The notes beneath the pieces were generated by a model, which did not search any database, was not told where the DNA came from, and saw only the letters and a program-made list of their open reading frames with translations. Below, piece by piece: positions 22,086 through 33,300 of a DNA stretch of 64,000 bases. The position numbers and the translations under genes were made by a program. This stretch comes from Vermamoeba vermiformis (lineage: Eukaryota): the NCBI GenBank assembly GCA_045837725.1, contig JBEWZL010000011.1, positions 62,001 to 126,000 on the forward strand. The letters run 5' to 3'. Position 1 is the first letter of the stretch; each line of letters starts with the position of its first letter.

Positions 22086-25000
22086 CTAGTTGAGTACAGT
22101 TTTGATCTCGTTGGGAACAGCATCACCTCGTTTGATCAAAGTGACCGACTCCGATGCTGGCAAACGAGTCGAGTGACCACTGATCTCTTCATCTGGATAC
22201 CCAAAGCGAACAACAATCAGTGGCATCTCGTTGTCTTTGATTTGTGGAACAATGTGACGCAACAGATCCAGCTGTTCGAAGAAGTCAGGTGTTTCTTCAG
22301 TCACTTCTGATCGAATCTTTTCACCGAATGCTGAGAGTCTTCCGTTCAAAGGCCACAACAAGCGTTGCAACAAGAATGCTGTGGTCCATGGCTGAGTAGC
22401 AATGTTGTACTCGGTGCACTTGAGCATTGCACTGATCAACGTCGCACCGAGAGCATTGGTCAGTTCGTTCAGCGAATGATCACGTGGTCCGACGAACAGT
22501 AGCAAACCAGCGGAATGGAAGATTTTCTGACCAGTAGCGATACCAAGAGCTTTGTGTGCTTTCATCGTCATGATGGTGTTCTGATCCATCGTCACCACTT
22601 TTGTTGCAGTCACAAGTTGCATTTGACCAAGTTCAAGCGCGTCCAAAGGAATCGTGTGGTTACGTTGTTCTTCTTGCACGCCGATGTTTCCAATCAGTCC
22701 TTTGCGAACACAATCACTGATGTACGAGTTTGTCTCGACATCTTCAACGTATCGTGAGATCATCTCGATCTGTGCTGGATCGTTGATGACAAGAACACGA
22801 ACTGGATCTTGACTCAGCGCTGGATTTGAGAGGTGTTGAAGTGTTCTCATTGGCACCACACGTCGCTTGGAGTAGTAGTGACGATTTGTCACTCGTTGTG
22901 AAACAAGTGACTCGAATTGCTTCGCCGCCTCCAGTCGTTCTTGTCGCGAGGTGTTTGACGAAGACTGAGCCACATTTGCTCGTGTCAATTGGGGCGAGCT
23001 CGGTTGTGTCAGAGAGTCTTGACTAGTTGGTGTAACTTGTTGTGGCAATACATTCACGGTTGGTAATCGCCTGAGCTCGCCGTGTTGAACTTTGCCTTGA
23101 ACAGGCTGCTTGGGCAGCCCCATTTTCTTAGGAGCTTGACCTAATTGGTCGCGTGGCATGACAGGAGAGTTCGGTTGTTTAGGAGTGCTGGCGGGAGAGT
23201 TGATCATCTTGGGTCGATTGATCGCTCCCAAACTGTGTTGTCGCTTCATTAATGCAGGCTTCGCAGTTCCAGCGCCAGCTGGTGCAATCGATATCACCAT
23301 AAACGGTTCCATTTCAAGATTGGCATTGCTCTCAAGAACTTGTTGTGTCACTTGGAAGCCATAGCCAACAAGAAGTTGTTTCATCACGTGGATTGCTGCA
23401 CCCATTCCAACACGATCGTAGAACGACATGCTGTCAACTGCCAAGAAGAATGGTGGAATGCGTTTCTTGTTCAAGCACAACACGATCTTCAAGTTAGTCT
23501 CGTCGATGAAGATCTTCCATGGCTGAACATTGTGTCCTGATGGTGCCATGAGACTGAAGTACACTGCTCGATGAATGGCCGCCACAGGATTGATTGGTCC
23601 TGATTCAGGAATATCGATGCGAAGCAAGTCATTGGGCACTCGCCTCTCGAGGTTGTCAAGTGTTGGTACGCTTTGAAGGTTGAGTGTTTCACGAACGGAA
23701 GGAAGCTTCATGTAACTTGTGCCTAAGAGCGCCATTAGTAAAGTTATCTTTACGAGGCTGTGCCTTACCTTCTCGCTCGAGTAAAGTGACCAAGTTGTCA
23801 ACAACCACGTCAATAGCTCTGCTGTCGCGGATGATTGTGAGATGATCCCCTGGTGTCATTGTCACATCGATGTTTTCGTGAAGAGTTTTCCAACCCAAGT
23901 CATTCATGCCCATCGGATTGTAATAGTTGTATAGAGCCCACTTCTGTTGGGCTGAAAGCAATGTGATGCGTCCACGCAATGGTTTGAAGCGATAGTTTGT
24001 GAGAAGTCCTGATGATGATGCAAAGTGTGCCAACGCTCGCTCAACAAACGGAACAAGAATCTTCTTGTCGATCTTGTCGCTGAAAGCATCGATCAGTGCC
24101 TGCTTTTGTTGTTGAGGTGTCTTCAAGTGTTTGAAGTGTTCTTCAGTCAAGTCACTTGTCTTGCCAATCAGTGCCATTGCAATCTCGAAAGAGATCATTC
24201 TGAAGATCGTTGGTGCTGAGATATCTGAAAGTCCTCGTGCATTCACGATTGAAGGTGCTGTCGAGTCGATCATCGCAACAGTGCACACGTTGCATCCTTT
24301 TTGAAGCATTTGGTGTGCCATCTCGCAAACAAGAACACCACCAAAGCAATAGCCTGCCAAGTGGTAGATACCACTGCTTTGTACTTTCATCAGAAGCTTC
24401 ACGTAGATGTCTGCGAACTCTTCCATCGTTGAAGGATGGTCATCGTCGGTTTCTTTAACGTCAAGTGGTGTTGAGTCTTGGAAACTGTAAACTGTGACGT
24501 AAGGAGGAAACTTTGATGCAACATCCTTGAACACAACACCGTTTCTGAACGCTCCATGAACCAAGAAGATGTTCGTTGCTGGTGCTTCTGTTGCTTCTTT
24601 CAGTTTCACGCATTCATAGTGTGTCAATGGCTTCTTCTTGAAGCGTTCAAGTGAGCTTTCTGATTGTTGTTTGGCTGCTTGGAAATCGAACAACTTGGCG
24701 AGCTCTCCTGGTGACGCGTTGTCAAAGAACTGTTTCAGTTCGAGTTTGACATTGAGTGCTTCGCTGATCTTGTTGACGAGAGTGAATGCGTGAAGACTTG
24801 AGCCTCCCAAGTCGAAGAAGTTGCTGTTCGATCCGATCTTTGATTGATCAATGCTCAGTACCTCGGCGAAGCACTTGGCGATTGTTTTCTCGACTTGAGT
24901 TGACAATGGCTTCATTGGACCTGTTGATCCCGATGCATGTTGATCGCTGAAGTAGGTGGCTTCGAACGGATTGGGAAGTTGTTTGGTATCGACTTTGCCA

Positions 25001-28000
25001 TGTGAGGTCAGTGGGAACTTGTCGATCGCAACAAGTCTTGTTGGTACCATGTATTGAGGAAGCTTTGTCTTCAGTTCACCAAGCACCGATGTCAGTTGTG
25101 ACACCTTCGATTCGTTGTTGATTGATGAATCGAACTCGACAAAGCCAACCAAGCATTGATCTCGTTGTTCTGATTTGTGAACGACAACACTTGACATCTT
25201 CACACCTGAGCATCCAAGAATCGCTGATTCAATCTCACCACACTCGATGCGGTACCCACGAAGCTTGATCTGGTTGTCTGCACGACCCAAGAAGTGAATC
25301 TCGCCTGATGGAAGATACTTTGCCAAGTCTCCACTTGCATACAACCTCTTTCCTTCAGCATATGGGTGGTCCACGAACTTTGCTTGTGTTTGTTGAGGAT
25401 TGTTTGCGTACCCAAGAGCCAAGCAGTCGCCACCAATGTACAACTGTCCTGTCACTCCAACTGGCACGATGTTACGATCTTCACCAAGAATCAACAACTC
25501 GCTATTGCGGATTGGAGCACCGATTGGAACAACATCGTTTGCTGATCGTGTTTCAGGAAGTGCATTGCAGTCGTAGTAACTGCAAAGAACACACGCTTCA
25601 GTGGGTCCATAGTTGTTGATCACTCGAACTGATGGAAGTGATTTCTTTGTTCTGTCAACGAGTTTGACGTACAATGCTTCACCACCACATCCGACAAGTT
25701 GAACTGAACTGAACTTTGACTTCTCTGAGGCATTGATGTCAAAATAGTCCAAGATCATTGAAAGCATTGATGGAACCATCAAGATTGTTGTCACTTTGAA
25801 CGAGTGTGCTGTATCGATGATGTATTGTGGATCTTTGTTGCCGAACGGTTTCGAGATCACCAATGGACAGCCACGAGAGATACTCATCACAACATCGTGC
25901 AAATGTGCATCGAAACTGAATTCGAACAGTGCCAAACATGCTCCTTGAACATCATTGAAGCTTGATGACATTTCGTTGGCCAAGTTGCTCAATGCAATGT
26001 GAGGAACAACGACTCCTTTGGGTTTGCCTGTTGTTCCTGATGTGAAGATCATGTAGCATGGATCGAGTGCTCCAATCACTGGCAAGTTCACTTCCACTGG
26101 CTTCATCACTTCATCCAACGTGATGACCAACGACTTGACTGTCGTGATGTCCTTCAGCAAGTCGAGTTTGTTTTGTTGAGTGATCACAACACTCGCTCGT
26201 GCATCAGTCAGAATGCCTTTGATGCGTTCGATTGGATCTGAGCTGTTGAGAGGCAAGTAGACACATCCTGCACTCATGATACCAAGCATTGATGTCGTGT
26301 AAACAACTGATCGATCCATGAGCACTGCAACAACTTGATGTTTGCCTGCCACATGACTTTGAATCATCTTTGCAACTCCACGTGCTGCTGTTGAGAGTTG
26401 TTTGAAAGTCAATGAGGTGTCTTTGTCCGCAACTGCAAGACTTTCGCCCAATTCGCTCGATGAGCCAAAGTTCATCACTCGTGCAAACATCGGAATAAAT
26501 GGTCCTGTATTTTCGTTCGTTAGAACTGAAACTGACGCACTAATATGGCAACCCATTACTTACCCTTTCGAGTAGGACCTCGACCACGAGTCGCAAGTGA
26601 GTTGCCACTTGCAGGCGAACAATCTCGTTCACTTTTGTATCAGCACTTGACTTGACTAACAACGAGAGCAAGTTGAGAAGATCACTCTCGATTTGTTCGA
26701 TCAGATCTTGTTTGTAAAGATCGGTGTTGTATTTGATGTTCAGAATCACTCCGTTGTTCAGTGTCACGAACCATGCTGTCAAATCTGTCATGCCTGCTTG
26801 CATGTAGTGAGGATAGATGCGTTCTTTCATCACCAACTCTTTCGATGCCAACTTGGGCAGTGAAGGAATGTGGTAGTAGTTCATTTCGATTTGAAACAAT
26901 GGACTTTGACCTTGTGCAGTGACGATCTTCTTCGTGTCCAAGATGTCTTTGATCAGTGCTGATGCTGGATACTCTTCGTTCTTCTTGCACGAGTCAACTG
27001 ACTTCTTCAGCGATGAAACGAAGTCTTTCAGACTCAACTCGTGATCCACTTCCACACGAACTGGCATTGCATTCGATGTGAAGATGGTTGCATCGAGCCA
27101 GTCTTCTTTTCGGCAATGAAACGCTGTGCCAAGGTTGAACTTGTTTTGTTGACTGTAGCGAGACACCACGATCGACCATGCTGCTGCAAGCAAGTGGAAG
27201 CGAGTGCTGCCGAGTTCACTTGACTTGTTCTTCAGTCCTTCCCAAAGTGATGATTCGAGTTTGACGATGCGTTCAGCACCATTGAATGTTGGTGCACCTC
27301 CTCGAGGCATGCTTGTCAGCATGTCCAAGCGATGATCGAACTCTCCCGAGGCAATCTTTGATGTCCAAAAGTCTTTCATTGCGTTCTGCGTTTGTGCGAG
27401 TTGTGTTTGACATGCATTGAAGTGAAGCATCACATCGACTGCTGATGGACGAAGAGCGTGAGTGAGTTGCCAGAAGAAGTTGTCTTCGCGATGGTAGAAT
27501 TGAAGAATGCGCGGGGGCATTGAAAAGCCGGAGAAGCCATCGCTTGCCAAGTGATGAATGATGCCTTGAACAATTGCGGTCTTCGTGTTTACAATTGGAA
27601 AGACGTGAAATCGAACGAGACCGATTTGTTCGGAAAGAACAATCGGCGTTTTTGTGTTCTTTGTTATCGCAGCCATCACCTCTTCTTCTTTAAGAGGCTC
27701 GTGCATGAAGACTGATTTCTCAGCCATTGATCGCACAACACTGGAGCTTGCAATAACTGCGGTCTCGTTGTCTTTCAGCGTCATTGTGCAACTTGGGTGC
27801 GAGATGTAAAGCATTTGAACAGCATCGATCACTTTAGCGTGTTCAGGCACACCAGTGACGCGCACAATATCGGTGATGTTGTAGATTGACGATGATGGGT
27901 AGCGCTGTTGATGAAGTGCAATCATCTTTTGATTGATGTTCAGTGGTACTTCTCGCGAGTCTATTGTCGTCAAGTCAACGTTAGTAATCGCTCCTGTGAA

Positions 28001-29353
28001 ACAAGTTTCAGACATTCTTACCGAACTCAAATGAAGGAGGTTTGGTTGTGTCCATTTGAATCTCATGGGACTCTGATGTGCTCGAGACAAGAAACAACGA
28101 ACGTTGTTGAGATTTGTCGCTATTGTTGTTGGTGAGAACAAAGTTGATGGTTGAACGAAGTAAAGGAAGATCGATCGGTCTGCCAACCAAGAAGTCGATC
28201 ATTGCATCGAACATGGGTGTTCCCATCGATGGCACCATGCGCACTTGACACACCAACGACTTGCCTGTCACACATCCGTCGAACGGTGACACGAGTGGAA
28301 TCTTCAGGAGTCGTTCTGAAGGGAAGCTTGAGTTGCGGCTGATGAAGCCTTGAAGTCTCATCAACACGGGTGGCAGATCCTCCATCATCAGCCTAGAGAA
28401 TTCGGGCGTGGTTGGGTGGTAAGAATCAAGTATTACAGCCGTTGGTAAATCGTCGGTTGGTTCTATGGGTTCTGTCTTATGTCGTTAGAAGTGCCCGAGA
28501 ACATTCAATTTACGCAAATACTTACTTGCAGTGATGGTTTTGTTGTAGTTTTGTTGAATATACGCTGTTAGTTTTGGAAGATTTGAAGCAGGTCCTTTGA
28601 CAACAAGAGTGTTCGTGTCAAGAATGACTGGAACTGAAAATGACGAGTCTGACATTCGACTCGCTGTTAGAATTTGCGGTCTTGAAGCTCCTGTAACGAT
28701 ATATGACTGGTATTTTGAAGGCCACATCCCTTGTCCTAGGATAACATTTATTAGATTTGTGAAAGCAGATTCGGATCTTTGAATTACGGACCGAATTACG
28801 AAATGTGCGCAGTGAAAATTGTATACATGATATTGCTTACCCTCTAGTAATACTGCAAGCTCTATTAACGTAATCAATGAAGCAACTGTGTAAGTGGAGA
28901 TTTCTTCATCTGTCTCTGCAGATGCAATAATAAACTGAGCCAAATAGCTTGATAATGACAGTCCTGATGCGCCGACCAGTTGTTGTCTGAAGTCTTTGAG
29001 ACTTGGGAGGGGTTGTTGTGATTGACGGGCATCCAAAAAGATACTCACGATCTGCACGAGTTCGCGAGAGAAAATCAACGCCAAAGTCTTATTGCTCGAA
29101 GGAGACCCTACAATAACGTTTGTAAATAAATGATTGAAATATTCCTAGTTTTTTCCGTACCTTCAATTTCGTTAATTACTGTTTGGATCGCGTTCTGTAC
29201 CAATGCATCACCAGAGCACTCTTGAAGATACTCTCGAAGACTTGACACTATATTATTGACTGGAAGTCCGGATGATACCAAGGTACGGCCAGATGACTGA
29301 TGTGAAATGACCGAGCCATCGAGTTGGATCGCGTTTGGTGAAAAGGAAAACAT
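22086..29353 (-). CDS. NRPS copy 1: SAT/AT-like - C - A - T - TE(Cys) - Acg-like nitroreductase, ~2,296 aa; one apparent frameshift near 26610
   Basis: Exons 29353-29161, 29107-28841, 28735-28526, 28471-28022, 27960-26564, 26504-23769, 23722-22086. Motifs HHLASDG (C); YMIFTSGTTGKPKG, NNYGPTE, SGDL, GRADNQIKLRGYRIE (A); FFDLGGSSL (T); GYCFGG and PGDH (TE); APSGHNVQPW and RVTNRHYY (nitroreductase). Confidence 0.92.
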
Positions 29354-30374
29354 CTTCGCTTGTGGCGGTTCGCTCGTTTGAAAGTTGTAGAATAAAATTC
29401 ACGTTGAAGTCCACTATTGCGACTTCAACGGACGAAAATGAAGCTTGTTATTCGGAAACTCCAGTCACGAAACCTTTTGTCACTTCGTGTTTGGTACATG
29501 ATGAGACCAACATTTTGGAACTTGATATCTTCGGGCCCTGACTAGCTTAACGTTATTCTCAACGTTATAATGAAACTTAAACCTTTTATACACTTACTCA
29601 AACGCGATTTAGGGCTAAATAATGTGGATCCTCGAAGATTCGGATTTGAAAGAAAGTGGTTCTTGTTATTCTCCTCATTCTACGAGCATAAACAATCTGC
29701 AAACTTGCAAACAGAGTCAAGAATGCAAAAATACTGCATAAAGTCTCGTCCGTCCCATCGCCAGGTGCCTTCGAAATTTCAAGTCGTCGACTTATTTAGC
29801 TGGGAAGGAAAGTTAATACTCAACTTAGTACTAGGCTAAGGCCAGCTATGCGTGAATATATTAATCCTACGACTTACACGTCGTTCGTCTGATGATGGGG
29901 TAGATGTGTTTTTTGATCCGGATGCCAATTCGCGTGCCTAAATATTGGATTAATTTTGTATAATTACGTCAAACGTGATATATGAAAAAATTGCAGCTCT
30001 AAATAAAAACGAATAAATAAACTAATAATAATTCTAATTTGCAAAATCTATCGCTTCTAACCAGCAAATAGTGCCATAAATATGTATCGTAAATTAATGT
30101 GCGGAATTTGATTGAAAAAAATAAATTACTGAATCCAGATGTTACGAACAGGATCGCACTAGTCCGGTATAATACCTTAATAATTTTGTTGGCAAGCGAG
30201 TGCGCTCCGTACTTCGTCGTTTCAATACACGAAGGATGCTCTTTCACGCTCCAAGCTAAATGGACGTGGTGTGCACATGTTATGTAAGCTGCCGGATCGA
30301 AAAAAATGGTGAATGCAATTCAATTAATTTCTGCTTTACTGTGTTTACGGTTCTAACAATTTTATTGCATCGCG

Positions 30375-33300
30375 TTAGTTGAGTACAGTTTTGATCTCGT
30401 TGGGAACAGCATCACCTCGTTTGATCAAAGTGACCGAGTCTGATGCTGGCAAACGAGTCGAGTGACCACTGATCTCTTCATCTGGATACCCAAAGCGAAC
30501 AACAATCAATGGCATCTCGTTGTCTTTGATTTGTGGAACAATTTGGCGGAACAGATCCAGCTGTTCGAAGAAGTCAGGTGTTTCTTCTGTCACTTCCGAT
30601 CGAATCTTTTCACCGAATGCTGATAGTCTTCCGTTCAATGGCCACAACAAGCGTTGCAACAAGAATGCTGTGGTCCATGGCTGAGTGGCAATGTTGTACT
30701 CGGTGCATTTGAGCATTGCACTGATCAAGGTCGCACCGAGAGCGTTGGTCAGTTCGTTCAGTGAATGATCACGTGGTCCAACGAACACCAACAAGCCTGC
30801 AGAATTATATATTTTCTGACCAGTGGCGATACCAAGAGCTTTGTGCGCTCGCAATGTCATGATGGTGTTCTGATCCATCGTCACCACTTTTGTTGCAGTC
30901 ACAAGTTGCATTTGACCAAGTTCAAGGGCGTCCAACGGAATTGTGTGGTTACGCTGTTCTTCTTGCACGCCAATATTTCCAATCAGTCCTTTGCGAACAC
31001 AATCACTGATGTACGAGTTTGTCTCGACATCTTCAACGTATCGTGAGAGCATCTTGATCTGTGCTGGATCGTTGATGACAAGAACACGAACTGGATCTTG
31101 ACTCAATGCTGGATTTGAAAGGTGTTGGAGTGTTCTCATTGGCACCACACGTCGTTTTGAGTAGTAGTGACGATTCGTCACTCGTTGTGAAACAAGCGAC
31201 TCAAACTGCTTTACACTTTCATGTCGTTCTTGTCGTGAGATGTTTGGCGAGGACTGACTTGAAGGAATCGGTCGCGTAAGCATTGGAGAGCTTGGTTGTT
31301 TCGGGACCTCTTGGCCAGCTGCTGCTACCTGTGGTCCAGATTGGTTTTGCGATAACACACTTGCGCTGGGAGATCTTCTAATCTCGCCGTGTTGAACTTT
31401 GCCTGGGACTGGGCGCTTAGGTAGTCCCATCATCTTCTTCGGAGCTTGAACGAGCTGGTTCGATTGAAGTTGTGATCCTTGAGTCGTTGGGCCATTGCGC
31501 AGCATGACTGGAGAGTTTGGCTGCTTTGGTATGCTTGCAGGAGAGTTGATCATCTTGGGTCGATTGATCGCTCCCAAGCTCTGCTGTCTCTTCATTAATG
31601 CAGGCTTTGCAGTTCCAGCGCCAGCTGGTGCAATCGACATCACCATAAACGGTTCCATTTCAAGATTGGCATTGCTCTCGAGAACTTGTTGTGTCACTTG
31701 GAAGCCGTATCCAACAAGAAGTTGCTTCATGACGTAAATCGCTGCACCCATTCCAACACGATCGTAGAACGACATGCTATCAACTGCTAAGAAGAATGGT
31801 GGAATGCGCTTCTTGTTCAAGCACAACACGATCTTCAAGTTCGTTTCGTCAATGAAGATCTTCCATGGCTGAACATTGTGTCCTGATGGTGCCATGAGAC
31901 TGAAGTACACTGCTCGATGAATGGCTGCCACGGGATTGATTGGTCCTGATTCAGGAATATCGATGCGAAGCAAGTCATTGGGCACTCGCTTCTCGAGGTT
32001 GTCAAGTGTTGGCACGCTTTGAAGGTTTAGCGTCTCACGAACTGATGGGAGTCTCATGTAGCACGCGCCTTCTTGCTCAAGCAATTTAACTAAGTTGTCA
32101 ACAACTGCGTCAATAGCTCTGCTGTCACGGATGATTGTGAGATGATCCCCTGGTGTCATTGCCACGTGAATGTTTTCGTGAAGAGTTTTCCAGCCCAAGT
32201 CATTCATGCCCATCGGATTATAGAAATTGTAGAGCGCCCACTTCTGCTGTGCTGATAGCAATGTGATGCGCCCACGCAAGGGTTTGAAGCGATAGTTTGT
32301 GAGAAGTCCTGATGATGATGCAAAGTGTGCCAACGCTCGCTCAACAAACGGAACAAGAATCTTCTTGTCGATCTTGTCGCTGAATGCATCGATCAGTGCT
32401 TGCTTTTGTTGTTGAGGTGTCTTCAAGTGTTTGAAGTGTTCTTCAGTCAAGTCACTTGTCTTGCCAATCAGTGCCATTGCGATCTCGAACGAGATCATTC
32501 TGAAGATTGTTGGTGCTGAGATATCTGAAAGTCCTCGTGCATTCACGATTGAAGGGGCTGTCGAGTCGATCATCGCAACAGTGCACACGTTGCATCCTTT
32601 CTGAAGCATTTGATGTGCCATCTCACAAACAAGAACACCACCAAAGCAATAGCCTGCCAAGTGGTAGATACCACTGCTTTGCACGTTCATCAGAAGCTTC
32701 ACGTAGATGTCTGCGAATTCTTCCATCGTTGAAGGATGGTCATCGTCAGTCTCTTTAACTTCGAGTGGTGTTGAGTCTTGGAAACTGTAAACTGTGACGT
32801 AAGGAGGAAACTTTGATGCAACATCTTTGAACACAACACCGTTTCTGAATGCTCCATGGACCAAGAAGATGTTCGTTGCTGGTGCTTCTGTTGCTTCTTT
32901 CAGTTTCACGCATTCATAGTGAGTCAACGGCTTCTTCTTGAAGCGTTCAAGTGAGCTTTCTGATTGTTGTTTGGCTGCTTGGACATCGAACAACTTGGCA
33001 AGCTCTCCTGGTGATGCGTTGTCAAAGAACTGTTTCAATTCGAGTTTGACATTGAGTGCTTCGCTGATCTTGTTGACGAGAGTGAATGCATGAAGACTTG
33101 AGCCTCCCAAGTCAAAGAAGTTGCTATTTGATCCGATCTTTGATTGATCGATGCTCAGCACCTCTGCGAAGCACCTGGCGATTGTCTTTTCGACCTCGCT
33201 TGACAATGGTTTGATTGCACCTGTTGATCCCGATGCATGTTGATCGCTGAAGTAAGTGGCTTCAAATGGATTGGGAAGTTGTTTGGTGTCGACTTTGCCA

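Noticed and set aside
23689-23813. Separate nitroreductase gene or programmed frameshift after the TE in copy 1
   Set aside because: Explained by a canonical 46-nt intron; copy 2 is a continuous fusion.
27994-28021. 27-28-nt micro-intron in the NRPS genes
   Set aside because: A downstream acceptor preceded by a CTAAC branch point (intron 28021-27961) keeps the frame and has an equivalent in all three copies, whereas the short acceptor is absent from copy 3.
29570-30287. Short ORFs between NRPS copies 1 and 2
   Set aside because: AT-rich, no motifs, and not conserved upstream of the other copies; treated as intergenic.
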